A stretch of 63,622 bases of DNA, the filler included, from Licmophora abbreviata (Eukaryota): NCBI GenBank assembly GCA_900291995.1. It is 14 parts of 14 records of this genome, joined end to end, with 100 filler letters (N's around TTAATTAATTAA, not from the genome) between each part and the next. Parts side by side here need not be neighbours in the genome. Positions count along the whole stretch, not along the records: positions 10,664 to 17,882 come from OLMU01001253.1; positions 17,983 to 23,702 come from OLMU01001255.1; 12 more parts are not named here. The stretch is one strand, 5' to 3'. The position numbers and the translations under genes are program-made. Below are positions 11,332 to 23,802 of this stretch, one piece after another (within the stretch, counting starts at the first letter, position 1; each line of letters starts with the position of its first letter). A model generated the notes under the pieces. That model saw only the letters and a list, made by a program, of their open reading frames with translations, ran no database searches and was not told the origin of the DNA.

Positions 11332-12462
11332 ATGAGTTCTCGTTCCAAAGTCCCTCGCGATGCCGGCGCCCCCAAGCGCAACCAGTCTGCCTACTTGTTG
11401 TACCAGAATGCCATGCGCGACACCTTTCGTCAGCAGAATCCAGGCATGAGCTTCGGCCAGCTCTCCAAGTACACCAGTGCCATGTACGCCGAACTCACCC
11501 CGGAAGAAAAGGACAGCTGGATTGCTCGGGCCGAAGCGGACAAGGCGCGCTACTTGCACGAACTCTCCACCTATGTGCCTCCTCCCGGCTACGATGCCAA
11601 GGGAGATGCCGTCATGACCTACACCAAGGGGTCGGGACGTCGGGGTAAAAAAGAACGTGATCCTCTGGCTCCCAAGCGTAACCAGAGCGCCTATCTCTTG
11701 TACCAGAATGCCATGAGGTGAGTCTCTGCGAGCTACGAATAGTCTATACTCTGCTGTACTTGTAGTCAGGCTTTGTGTCTTATTCCGAACGAACGAACGA
11801 ACTCATCACCTTGCTACTCCCTTTCTCTGTCCCCGCACAGAGAACAATTCCGCCGCGACAATCCTGGCATGACCTTCGGTCAGCTCTCCAAGTACACCTC
11901 CGCCATGTACAAGTGTCTCACTCCGGAAGAAAAGGCCTCGTGGGAAGCCCGCGCCCAGCACGACAAGATGCGCTTCGACACGGAAATGTCTCAGTACGTG
12001 CCGCCACCCGGATACGATGCACAAGGTCATCTCATCGAGGACTATCGCACCCAGCGTCGTCCCAAGAAGTTGAAGGATCCGGCGGCGCCCAAGCGTGCGC
12101 GAGGAAGCTTTGTCTTTTTCACCTTTGACGAACGTCCCAAGATCAACAAGGAGTTTCCGGGAATCAAATTTGTTGAACTGGGTACTGTCATGGGAGAGCG
12201 TTGGAGAGCGCTCACGGCAGAAGAAAAGAAGAAGTACGAAGACTTGGCGGCGCAAGACAAGCAGCGTTTCAGCGAGCAGATGGAACGCTACCAGGCGGAA
12301 AAGGCGGCGCATGCTCCTCCGCAGGCACCGCCGTCCGAGGCGCATCATCACGACATTTACGGCATGAACCACATGCAGCACCATCACATGCAGTATGCCT
12401 CGGATCCGTCGGTCTACCAGCACCATGCGTACGACACGCAGTATCAGTATCATCATGGATAG
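11332..12462 (+). CDS. HMG-box protein with three boxes, 2 exons (11332-11717, 11841-12462)
   Basis: APKRNQSAYLLYQNAMR twice and APKRARGSFVFF. Intron gtgagt...gcacag restores the frame. His/Gln-rich tail. Confidence 0.93.
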
Positions 12463-12686
12463 TGAGCGTGACACCGCTGGGAGGAAGTGGGACTACCACG
12501 ACCACCAGCTCTCCACAGGGAGTGTGGGATATAAAAAACATGTGTATGTTTCTTTTGTGTTTCGCCGAGCGCGAGCCATTACTACGACTAATAAGGCTAT
12601 CTCTAGGAAAAGTTCGGACTATGGTTCACGGGCCTGCAACATTCGTAGCGTTGGTACTTGTTGGCGCGTTCTAATCTCAGCATAGT

Positions 12687-15315
12687 CTACGATATCTTTA
12701 CCTTGTCGTTACCATTTTTGTCACTCTCCAGAGGACGCATCACAAGGAACTTCTGTCGAGTCAGTGACAATCCCAGGTAGCTCATGAACCAGCATGTTCC
12801 AATGATAGCCGTTTGTGCATTGATGACCTCGCCGACGGACTTGCCAAGCAAGCCAAATCGATCGAGCGCTTCTTCTCCTGTCTTGACGACCGGGCCCCTT
12901 CGAGGCCCGCTCGTATCAAACGTTAGCCCCTCAAACTCATTGATCGCCAGTCCCTCAAAGCCCCATCGAATAAGTCCAAGCTTGGGAATCCACCGAAGTA
13001 GCCGAGGAGTGTTCTCTTCTGATATGTTCTTGCCATCAAAAATGATATTGAGTACAATCACGGGTGGAAATAGAGCGAGCGCCACGTCCGAGGAAGAGCT
13101 TATAGAACCAATCAACAAGCCAGCGGCTTCAGACGCAATCGCATGTAGCGACGTCAGTCCGAGGAATCTGCGGAACTTGCCAGGGGTCGTCGACAGGCCA
13201 GCAAGATTGTAGACAATGGAACAGAAGACAGCATTGAAGGCACCGATCAGTGGAATCTCAGATACTGCTTTCGCCACGAAGTATGGAAATGTCTTGTACA
13301 GCTGGGCCGACATCTCCGTAGATACGATTGCCTTTTCTTTCGGAAACGACCGAATCGTGCCTGCCATGGCCATGTTGGTGGACCCAATTGCAATCAGTGA
13401 CAAGAGACCAATACGATCTCCAATGGACGCCTGTGGGAAAACAAAATTGGTTTATCCCAGGTTGTTAGTAACGGAATATTTAAAGTGGCACGTGCGAGCC
13501 ATCGACGCCTCTCTCAATCGACCCACTAGAAAAGTCATACCTGGTTGGTGCCAAGACCGTAAATTCCTCCATAGATGAGTCCCAGAGACACCTGCTGTAC
13601 AACCTTGATAATGATGGCACCTTTTCCACGCAGAACCTCGCTAAACGATCGGCTCAACAACAACCGAAACTGCCGTAAGAGACCAGCGCGATGACTCCTT
13701 CGCAGTTTCGAGTTGAATCGTTGTAGATACTTTTCGCCCTTGACAATTCCAAGATCAATCTGCACATCCTTTGCTTTTGTGGAGAGCTTGTTTAGACGCT
13801 CAATCGATTCCCTCTCGTCGTCTTCTCCACCGCCATTGACACGTGAAATACATTCGAGTATATGTTCAGCTGTCCCCATTTCTGGAGGCGCCGAATAGCC
13901 CATGTCGTCCATGTACGAGCGGACATTCGCCACTTCACCAAAGTACATTTGTTTTCCTTCTGACAAGAGTAACAGATCGTCAAACAGACTAAACGAATGT
14001 TGATTGGGCTGATGAATCACAGAGACAATAGTCTTGCCACTGTCAGCTAGTTCTCGGAGCGTCTCAATGACCTGCACCGCCTGGTAACTGTCCAGCCCAC
14101 TTGTAGGTTCATCTAGAAAAATGACGGACGGAGACGAAATCATTTCACATGCAATCGACAGCCGCTTCCGCTCGCCTCCCGAGATACCTCGAATCTTGGT
14201 GTTGCCCACGATCGTATGAGCCACCTTGACGAGATTCAATTCCTCCAACAGATCCTGGACCAGCTCATCACGCTGCGGCCTACTCAACTGTCGGCCGAGT
14301 TTCAATTCCACGCGAAAGTCGAGCGTTTCGATAACCGTCATGTGGGGGAAAAAGTTAACATCCTGTTCAATCACGGCAATGGGAAGGGACGAGTCGGGAG
14401 CCACAGCCTTGCCGTTCAGATAGCGCATTCCTTGAAGCGACAACTTTTTGCTGTGCTTGACGTTGCCTGCTAGTGCATGAAGTAGCGTCGATTTACCACT
14501 GTGCAGTGAAAGGCAGGGAAGGTGAAAATATATTTGAGTCGAGCGTTGGGAGAGGAGGAGTCGAGTCGTCCAAGCAAGCAACAATTTCGTGAGTCGTCAA
14601 TACATTTCGCACCTTCCACTTGGGCCCATGATTGCCTTGGAACGTTGACAGTTGATCGTAATAAAACGGATGAGTAACAACAAGATGCACATACGAAGCA
14701 AACTTCTAACTGAACCGATGTCTACTCGTCGCTCGACCACTGCAGTACGTACCAGCATGCGTCCTGGCTGAGCTTTGCCACGTATACTGCCGTCCAAGAG
14801 CAAACGTGTACCCCTGCCTTTCTTTTGCTTGAGTTCCATACGGATACCTTCAAAAGCGACTTCCATAGGTTCATTGGTATGAGCTTGCTCGAAGATCTCC
14901 TTTTTCTTGTTCTTCTTCGAGAACCATGTCTTAATTCAGTACACGTGTGAATCAACGTCAACAAGATATCATGTTGGTGAGCGCAGTCGTTTGTAGTGTA
15001 GCAAAAATTCACGAATCCATCTCTAATGAGACACTCACCCTTTAGGGTGGACGAGTTCGTAAGCCACGACGACAGTGCCATCATGGTCAGTACCGTCAAC
15101 AGGACCAGGAGAGCTTGCTGGAGGACTGCCGAGGAAGACTCACCTACTTGTTCCAAATCTGCGGGGTCCGAGTTCTTGAGTGAATTCTTAACGCGACTGC
15201 CCATGGCAGCAATGGTTCGCTGCGCGTGACATGGTGACGATAGCAGACAGCACGAGAAGAGTAAGAACGCTGTAGCGGTCAGGCTAGCCGTCCATCGACG
15301 CGTCTTCCTCATCAT
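12687..15315 (-). CDS. ABCG (White-like) half transporter, multi-exon; 5'-most exon junction uncertain
   Basis: Walker A AIMGPSGS|GKST is split by introns 14499-14612 and 14636-14752. ISGGERKR and FLDEPTSGLD present. ABC2 membrane domain in 12687-13430. Confidence 0.9.
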
Positions 15316-15840
15316 GGTCGTCGGAGGGTCGGAGGGTGCCAAGTGGGAAGCTTCATCATCAAAAACAAAACTACTTGACGACTCGCACTCACTTCAAGTT
15401 CACTGTAGAAAGTGTACTAAAAACAGTGTAGAAAACCGAAGCGATCTTTGCGAGCTCTTTCCCGTATCAGAGCTCACGGTCTGTCCTTCTGATACCGTTG
15501 ATAAGATTCTTCAAGGACATCCCTATCGGAGATAAGTGGGTATTTCATAGATTTCTCGAGACATACTCGTACGATAGAGGAAAAAGAACGCTGAGACATA
15601 TCTCTTTGACACCTCTACGGCGGAATTGGTACAGATCTACGCTTAGTTGTCCGTATGAATCTCACGTAGAGCCTACGGATGACTGCTGGGAGGGAAAAAT
15701 TTGGTCGACTTGAGAATTTGCGCAACAAAGAAGATTCTCATATCATCGCGTCGCACTTGGCTTTTGTGGCCGGTCCTGTCAATTCTGACTATAGCATCTT
15801 GTTTTACCTCTGAAGACCCCATCCAAAGCACACACTCACT

Positions 15841-17882
15841 ATGGCCTGGAGAAGCAGTGGCACGACCAATGATGAAATGGTCGACAATCTCAAGCGTAAG
15901 TGAAACAGAAAGCGGAACGTTCCAAATTTCTTGACCTATTTGTTCTGTAGACTGTACGAAGTAGTTCTGCTGGAGTGCCATCCGTGATTGCACAAGGAGT
16001 CAAGGGGATCTTAACTTTTGAAACTAGGCAGTCAACTCTACTGCGATATGGAATGTGCGTTCTCAAGAAGCAATACTTGCTCTCCACATGGATGATGATT
16101 TCACCATAAGAGCCCATTAAGACGGACTTTCAGGTGTCGTCTTTCGTCGGGACAAACTCGGACTGTTGAGGTCTCGACTGATTCACTTCTATCCTAGAGC
16201 GCATCATTCTTTCAGCCTCCCCGTCCTTTTCTACACTCCTCATCATCTTATGACCCGAACCGAACACAAAGACAATGCCAATCGACTCTATACGTGCTCG
16301 ACATGAAAACTAACATGATACCCTCCTTTCTTGTCTCTCTTTCTATTTTCATAGGCTTTCGAGTCATTTCGACAATGTCGATCGAGCAGAGCTTTCGAAA
16401 CGTTGACCGTAAGCTTTTTGTTCCAAAGGTAAGATACGAATCGACACCTGGATTTACTACATAGTTGTTTCGTGTGACACTAGCTCAATTACTCATCAAG
16501 CAGCATTCATAACTACACCGCAGCGCTTCGAAGAAGCGGCACACACGGACCAACCCTTGAAGGAGGGCAACGTACACATTTCGGCGCCGCACATTTACGG
16601 ATCTGCCCTGGAAGCCCTGGAGCTAAAGCCGAACTCGTCTTTGAGCTTTCTGAATGTAGGCAGTGGCACGGGATATATCTCGTGTATTGTGGCAGATCTC
16701 CTAGGAGTACACTCCACCCATTATGGTAAGCACGAAGAGCATGAAGAGCGTCAGTTGCGAGCACGGGTGAACTCAATACAATTTTCTCTTTTCCCTCCGG
16801 CCGCAGGCATCGAAATCCACCGCGACGTGGTGGAGCACTGCGAGAATTCCATCCAAAAGTGGAAGGAGACACGAAAGGAAACCACGGAGCTCCCTCCGAT
16901 TCAGATTCTACACGGAAACGCCCTTCACACTGACCACACCACGGGGGAAGCTGCCATTGGCTTTGATCGCATCTACGTCGGAGCCGCCGTCGAGGGGCCT
17001 CATCTCTCCAATCTCACTCGTTTGCTGCGTCCTGGTGGTATCTTGGTTGGGCCGGTGGAAGACGAGCTAGTGAAGGTGGTCCGCATTGGAAAACAGGAAA
17101 AGTCGCTTGACGCCATGGACTCCTCCGATGAGTTTTCCAAGCATGTTTTATCGGGTGTTCGATTTGCGCCACTGGTCGCGTATCCAAAGGTCAAGGTTAT
17201 CATCCCTTCCCAAGTCTGGGAGCCCAAGATGCACCACTACTATCCCGACTCCTTCCGCTCCATCTTCAAGGAAGTGCTTTTGTGTTCCCATGCTGACTAC
17301 TATCAGCCTCCGCCGCGCGTCGATCCGCCAGAGTCACGGGTGAATCTGTCAGCGATGTTGCCCAAGGTCCTTTGGATGGAAATAATGTCGTTTACACATC
17401 GAAGCTGTAAGTCATGTAGCTTGGGTTGTCTGAGGAGAATTGACTTCTTGGTCGTTAAGTTTCTTACTTTGCAACGTTCGTGCTTTTCCAGGGTTCGAAC
17501 CTCGCCCGACGGAGGTTGTATTCCTTCGGCAAAGAGTCTTAGAGGAGCAGACCGAGACCACCAAGGCTAATGAGGCTCGACTCCATGCAGAAGCCCGCTG
17601 CAAGATTGCCGAGCACGAGCGTGATGTCTACCGTCTCTTGGCTCGCCGCTGGCAATCTCGTCTCCAGGCTTTATTGCGCCAACGCGCTGTGAACTCCAAT
17701 GAGAGAGAAAGTGCGAGCCGGCATGATGTGGACATAGACGATGCCGCGGCTGTGCTTCTCAGTGGACTAGGACCGACTGCTGTGTTCGGACTGGGCAGCA
17801 TGCTTGGACACCTCCAGAGCGAAAGCGAAGACGAAGACGGCGATGAAGCCAGCACGACGGAAGAGAATCGTATTATCGCCAT
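15841..17882 (+). CDS. Protein-L-isoaspartate O-methyltransferase-domain (PCMT/PCMTD-like) protein, 5 exons, 3' end runs into gap
   Basis: Exons 15841-15895, 16355-16428, 16524-16725, 16807-17406 and 17492-gap give MAWRSSGTTNDEMVDNLKR...VDRKLFVP...HISAPHIY...FLNVGSGTGY...FDRIYVGA...LRPGGILVGP. Confidence 0.88.
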
Positions 17883-18050
17883 NNNNNNNNNNNNNNNNNN
17901 NNNNNNNNNNNNNNNNNNNNNNNNNNTTAATTAATTAANNNNNNNNNNNNNNNNNNNNNNNNNNNNNNNNNNNNNNNNNNNNGTCCAGACTTGCGATCGG
18001 TGGGTCGCTAATCACGGCACATTTGCGACAAGGCCCCACACCCGTATAAA

Positions 18051-18361
18051 CACTCTGCTGACTAACCCTATCTGAGCATCCTGGCTACAAAGAACACCGT
18101 CAACCAGCTTTCGTTTTATGTTACTATCGTCAAGCTGGCTGATGGGTAGCTAGGATCGAGGTGTGCGGGTTATGGAGTGAGGACCGACGTCGGGAACACG
18201 CCTGTATCAACTTCCCCTTTGGCCTATTAGAGGTGACGTTACGGGAATGCTCAAGGGGGGAGTCGTCCCTAGTCTACGGACTGTCTAGTGATCGCCTTTG
18301 AGTAGGACGAGACCTATCCCTCGTTAGGCATTATCTACCAAAACCACGCACACACACACAC
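18051..18361 (+). other. Highly base-paired non-coding element ending in a CA-rich tail (candidate retroelement 3' UTR, SINE or ncRNA)
   Basis: Stems 18078-88/18146-56, 18097-110/18132-45, 18063-68/18167-72, 18051-57/18173-79 and 18248-57/18295-304. C(UACG)G hairpin at 18271-82. (CA)n at ~18345-18361. Confidence 0.5.
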
Positions 18362-18550
18362 GCTGTTATCATACCTTCGCGCCGTCAGCGCGCCGAGTGA
18401 GATTCCATTCGCCGCGCGCACGCCGCCGACGACGAGCCGACGAGTGTGACGACGCGATGACGCGAGATCGAGTCTTCCACAAGCCACTACTACTTCCATA
18501 GTCAATAGTGCGCCGTCCTGTCGTCGAGGACCGTCCCATAGATCGACACC

Positions 18551-19438
18551 ATGAAGATATCGATCGTGCAGAAGCCACGTCTCTTGCTTCTGTCATTGAT
18601 GGTCCCCTGTGTAGCTTCGCTGTCGATGAGATTCCAGCACACGGCGCCGTCGAAGAACACGCCAATTAGGGCGATGAGCCGACGCGACGCTCTCTTTGCT
18701 GTTTCCGCCCCTACTGCAGTCACCACACTGACGACAGCGCTTGGGGCTCCCGCCTCTGCAGCTAGTGTGACCGTTTCAGACTTGCTAGAGCAGCTGCGAA
18801 GCGTTCCTGCATTCTGCATCGTCAACAGTCAAGGCGCGGCGTACATGTTGGTGAAACAGAGTGAAGGCATGGCAGTCGGCTACGCCTTTACAACCTACCA
18901 AGGAGCTCTCGCGGTGCTCAGTGACGCACAAAAAGCTGCCGAGACGGGTGGCTATACCGACATCTGGAAGGATGCTACCGTGACGACAATTCCCATGGAT
19001 ATCGCGATGCGTCTCGCGCTCAAACAGACGACACGCTTCAGTCAGAAAGACCAGAGTTTGGGGACACTGATACTGCCAATCCCGGGATTTGACGACCGAG
19101 AAGACGCCATGGCGCTTGGTGAAAAGAAGTTTGGGGATCAAGGTAAAGTTCCGCTCTTTTACTTGAAAGAACTGCAGCTTGAGGATGGCTCGACGCCGTT
19201 GTACTTTCAAAAGAAAGACTTACTCGTGGCATGGGACAAGCAGCATCCTGGTGTAAGGCCGCCGTCCAAGGTGGGACTGCTTGACCTTACCGATATCTTC
19301 CAGTACGCAATGAGAGGACGGGGTAATGAACTGCCCGAAAATCTAGTCGTTGTGCCAATTGAAGAGCAGGTCAAGCTATCGCAAGAAATGAAAAAGAGGG
19401 GACTGGCGCCTTACAAGGTGGACCGAATGGTGGTGTAG
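18551..19438 (+). CDS. Tic22-like plastid protein-import factor with bipartite presequence
   Basis: LRSVPAFCIVNSQG, KVPLF and TPLYFQKKDL are Tic22-type blocks. Hydrophobic signal peptide then transit-like segment. Confidence 0.7.
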   Translation: MKISIVQKPRLLLLSLMVPCVASLSMRFQHTAPSKNTPIRAMSRRDALFAVSAPTAVTTLTTALGAPASAASVTVSDLLEQLRSVPAFCIVNSQGAAYMLVKQSEGMAVGYAFTTYQGALAVLSDAQKAAETGGYTDIWKDATVTTIPMDIAMRLALKQTTRFSQKDQSLGTLILPIPGFDDREDAMALGEKKFGDQGKVPLFYLKELQLEDGSTPLYFQKKDLLVAWDKQHPGVRPPSKVGLLDLTDIFQYAMRGRGNELPENLVVVPIEEQVKLSQEMKKRGLAPYKVDRMVV

Positions 19439-19857
19439 CAGTGTAGACCCAAAACCTCCTATCGACGCTATGTTTCTGATTGTTGTAGTACGTGTGGTCC
19501 GCACTTGTTTTATTGTTATAATGATTCGTGCACCAGTGGTAAGACGATACATGATTCAGTCGCTTTCTCTTTTGCTCTGAACTCTCCGATGCCGCGAATG
19601 GTACATGAATGATTCGGATGAATCGAATGTTCCGGTCGACGCACGGGGGGGGGGTGCTTTGTGCTTTCCTTTCTTGTCGAGGTCCACCCGTCGTCCGTTT
19701 TGGCGATGCCTCTCGCCGTCCTGAAAAAATATGAGCGGCGCGCACACAGACGATGCGGTCACAATCCCCGCTCGCACGACTTGTTGTTGTTGTTGTTGGT
19801 GCCGTCTTCCATTCTCGCTGGTGTGCCCCTCGTTGCGCTTTCTTCTTGTCCCCAAAG

Positions 19858-20487
19858 ATGTCTTCTAGTGTCCCGTTCGAACGGTATGAAGATGAATTTC
19901 AATCTCTGACAGAACAAGTCGAAAATTCACTTCGAGATTCCAGTCAGCTCGAATTTTCACACTCGTTGCTTCGCCAGTGCGATGACTTGCTCAAGCAAAT
20001 GAGCATTGAAGCGAGGGGAGTCGCAGAGAGTACGACTAAACGTGAACTACTGGCCCAGGTTAAGACCTGCAAGTCGAAATATCAGCAGCTACAAGAACAG
20101 TACAATACGCTCCTGCACGAACAAGAAAAGGAATCGCTGTTTCGAGGTGGCAGCTCCGCCGCGGATGGTAGTGCCAATCAACACAAAGAACGGCTTTTAC
20201 AAGCCGAGGATTCGCTCGCGCGTCAGAATGAAACCCTCGAGCGTGCCAGGCGTGTCATGGGGGATACCGAAGAGGTCGCGCTGGAAATTACTACGGAACT
20301 GGGCCGGAATCGTGAAACTCTAGAAAGCTCTCAGGGGCGTGTCCGAGAAGTCTCGGGGTTGACCAATCGCGCCCGTCGTCTCCTTCAAAGTATGAGTCGC
20401 CGTCAAGTCCAACAAAAGTTGGCTGTGTATGCTGTTGGTACCGCCATTGCTATAGTGGTACTCATGCTTGTTTGGAATTTGTGGTAA
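19858..20487 (+). CDS. VTI1: Qb-SNARE VTI1
   Basis: FERYEDEF N-terminal Habc domain, SNARE motif (TEEVALEITTELGRNRETL), C-terminal TM anchor. Confidence 0.9.
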   Translation: MSSSVPFERYEDEFQSLTEQVENSLRDSSQLEFSHSLLRQCDDLLKQMSIEARGVAESTTKRELLAQVKTCKSKYQQLQEQYNTLLHEQEKESLFRGGSSAADGSANQHKERLLQAEDSLARQNETLERARRVMGDTEEVALEITTELGRNRETLESSQGRVREVSGLTNRARRLLQSMSRRQVQQKLAVYAVGTAIAIVVLMLVWNLW

Positions 20488-20804
20488 CACTAACACAGAC
20501 ATGCAGAACAAGTGGTGGTAGTATTGTGAGAGTATGGGATTGACCAGACGGGGGCAACACGAACTGCGCCTTGGGAGTGCAAGAGTCCAAGACAAGTTGT
20601 TCTGCTCAACAAGAAACTATAGTGATACAAGGTTGTACTATTCAAGGTTGCGCACCTTCGTAGATCGGTGCATCCATGACGCAACGTGTCTAATTTTTAG
20701 TACTAGATGATAACGTAGATGAGCTTCCGTCGGCAGTTCGGTCTTTTTGCTTTAAACCAAGTCTTCCGTACCCATATCACTCGCCATCATTTCAAACGCC
20801 AATA

Positions 20805-22410
20805 CTAATAGATCCTTGGACGGAGATTCCACAAGATGACACCGACCAGTAGCAAAACTCCCGCTACGATCGAGCCGAGGCCTTGCCAAAACTTAGTATG
20901 CTTGTCCCATAGCCAGTACATTGTACCTGCAGCGACAAAAGTCATAAATACCCCCTTGTCCAAAAGCACTCTAGGATCTCGTCCCAGAACAACCATCAAG
21001 ACGACCACACCCATCATCATGGACAAGATGCCATGGATGCTAGTCATCTCAACAACGATCCGATCCCACAGATCTTCCCAGTCCACAGCAAGCAAGAGAG
21101 CTCCTAGCACACAGCTGGCGATCAGTGCTCGTCTACCAACGAGGTGTGTATAATAACGGGACGGGTGGTAGGTTCGCTCGAGTTCGCCCATGTCGATCCA
21201 CGGACGAACCCGGCGCTGCATTGGATGCCATGGACGACTCGCATTCGTGCGGTTGAGCTCGGCGACCTCGGTTCGAAAGTCTTCCCAGTCGACGTGTGGA
21301 TCCGGCAGCATTGTCGATATTTCGGATGCAGGTTCACTCTTGTCGACCAAAATAAACTCGACCAACTCTTTGACTTCATCCAGACTCAGTCGTCGTTCAT
21401 CCAACAAATCCAGAAGTTTGTTGGGACATCCCATTTCGCGGCACCGGTGCAAGACCAACGCATAATTGAGAAAAGGATTGAGCTGATGCACCTCTTTACT
21501 TTCATCCAAATAGTCATCCAGAACCTCCAAGTTGAGTTCCAATTGCTCGTCAAGATCTTGATAGTACGACACGACACTATCGTCGTTGGTACATAACTTG
21601 ATCACCATCCAGCAGGGCAACGACTGAAAGTCTCGCAGTAGCGACTCCAGTTGGCGTTCGACCTCATGTGTATTGTATCCTCGCATGTCAGTCGGCTTTC
21701 CGTCCGTAGCGACCACCACGACAACCTTTTGTCCATAACGCTGTAACGATGGAGCGATACTGCTAATGGTGCGGTAAACTTGTCTCAGGCGCCGAACCAA
21801 CGGCGTGGCTCCAGATGGTTTCGTATTGTCCAGTACACGTTTCACACGGCGTAGTTCCGTGTCCACCATGTCAGGTCCCTGCTCTCCGACTCCACAGCTC
21901 TGAGGCAAGTGGTCTCCAGATGGAGGGTTGAGTAGCTGTAGCCGCGACGAGCACGGGTGAGCTGTTGAGTATTGGAGTAGCTTTGAAGTACCAATTCACG
22001 AAAGAAGATACATGTACGTACGTGAAACTGAGTCGGTGCTTGTAACAAGGCCGCCATGTGCGCGTGATACAAGACGCACTCGGTCAATTCTTCCCATCGT
22101 GTGCACTGCTTCCACCGCACGTCGTGTGGTGACGACGTGTTTACGAGCTTTCTGCCGTCTCTTTCGCTCATACTCAAGCTATTGTCGACGATCCAAATTC
22201 GAAGGGGAAACTGCTCGACAACTCGTTGACAGATATAACGAGCGAGAGCTAGGAAAAGGAGAAGTCGTCGTGATGAGGCGACACGATAGCAAAGGAAAGA
22301 ATCAAAAACGTACATGCATTTCAGGATCAGTGCCACTCACGTTTCGTGAATCCTTGCTCTTGCAAACAAGCAACCTGCTCCTCGATTTCGATTTCTCTAT
22401 TCTGCACCAT
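20805..22410 (-). CDS. vWA-domain protein with C-terminal TM helices, 3 exons (22410-22341, 22248-22022, 21935-20805)
   Basis: Spliced product reads MVQNRE...QGFTKPLARYI...FPLRIWIVDNSLSM (MIDAS DxSxS), GATPL, VVATDGKPTD, LEVLDD. Confidence 0.82.
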
Positions 22411-22610
22411 ACTGGTGAGTGCTGGCTCCTAGTCTTATGCTAGGCAATGAAGCAGATGCTGATAGGAAAGTGACACGCGTTGCCACCATGGTGTGTTGCT
22501 GTTGTGTGTTGTGGCTTGCAGAATTTGGATTTGAGAATCAATCGGGAATTGAGAGTGCCGCGTGTCGATTATTGATGCTGGGTCACGAGCAATGCGTCAC
22601 ACAAGAGTGA
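22295..22610. repeat. Direct repeat copy 1 (vWA exon 1, part of intron 1, and upstream region)
   Basis: 22295-22414 matches 24165-24288 except for a 4-bp indel. Weaker similarity continues to ~22610 versus ~24490. Confidence 0.9.
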
Positions 22611-22865
22611 GTAAGTCAAGTCGAGTGAGTCGAGTCAGGTATCATATCATTCTCGCTTGTATGATACGACACCACGATACGCGGGCGTCATGTTGGGTTT
22701 GATACACTGAGGCCCTAACGCACGCACTCGAACAGCTGACCAGCAAGAATTTGCCGGGTCGCATCGTCGCTTCGTCGCATCGAGTGGACTGGATTCTGGA
22801 TTCATTCGAAGGCTCTTAGTAGTAGTCTTAGGAGGTCTACGCAGTTCTATCGCGAGAAAGAAAAG

Positions 22866-23702
22866 ATGGAGCTTCGTTCGATTCTATGCGGCATGCTCAT
22901 CATGCTTCTGCTGCAATACTTGTTAAGCTCTCGCGACGACGTTTGGAGCAAGATGATGACGAATAGTGCGAAGAAAACTGAAAAAGCTTCTCCGCTAGAT
23001 CGCTCGCGCGAGTACCGAGACGAGCTCTTCCCGAGAGCGAACAGAACTTTCCCTTTCCCATATCCATCCTTCTTTGGGTACGTCCACGTGGCGAAAACTG
23101 CTGGCAGCAGTTTCAATCGAATGCTAGCGAGGACATATTATGGAATTTGTGGCAACAAGGGCTACACATTTGATCAGCCGCTCGAGGATATTGTGATAAA
23201 AATTCCAGATCCTGACCACCCAAAACATAGTAATGTCAGAGTACACCCATCTACACTTCGTGAGCGGGGCTTTCACAACTGTGCGCTTCTTGGCTTGGAA
23301 GAATCCTGGAAAAAGTGGCAGGACCAACCTTTCAACACTTTCTATCACAACATGAGCAAGGTTGCCCTCATCCCATGTCGAGACCCAATTGACCATTTCC
23401 TCTCGCGATGCAACTACGTATATATTTCTGTGAAAGAACTATTCCAGAACGACGGTTGCGAAGCAAGAACGAAGTGTACCCTTCTTGGTGAACGATTCAA
23501 CCCCAACATGTTTGATTTTTTTTATCATGCTGTCCTGTTCCATTACAAAGCTTTCTCCTCTGTGACCGAAATGCTAGACCAGTACTTGCCCCGAAGATTC
23601 AAGGTTTTGCGTAGTGACCTAATATTCGAGCAAAATCGCCCGAGAAATCATACTGCTGAGGTTTTCGACGGGCAATGCAATGCAGAAGATCTGAGAAAGC
23701 TG
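22866..23702 (+). CDS. Type II membrane sulfotransferase-like protein, truncated by gap
   Basis: N-terminal TM anchor, YVHVAKTAGSS (5'-PAPS-like), RDPIDHFLS (3'-PAPS-like). Confidence 0.65.
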
Positions 23703-23802
23703 NNNNNNNNNNNNNNNNNNNNNNNNNNNNNNNNNNNNNNNNNNNNTTAATTAATTAANNNNNNNNNNNNNNNNNNNNNNNNNNNNNNNNNNNNNNNNNN
23801 NN

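Noticed and set aside
11332..12030. Near-duplicate DNA blocks (cccaagcg.aaccag...taccagaatgccatg; ttcgg.cagctctccaagtacacc)
   Set aside because: They are the tandemly duplicated HMG boxes 1 and 2 of one gene, not a mobile repeat.
18060..18076. GACTAACCCTATCTGAG as a telomerase RNA template for TTAGGG
   Set aside because: Only 1.5 repeats, predicted to be paired with GGGTTA, too close to the nearby TATAAA, and the element ends in (CA)n rather than a T-run. Not callable without covariance evidence.
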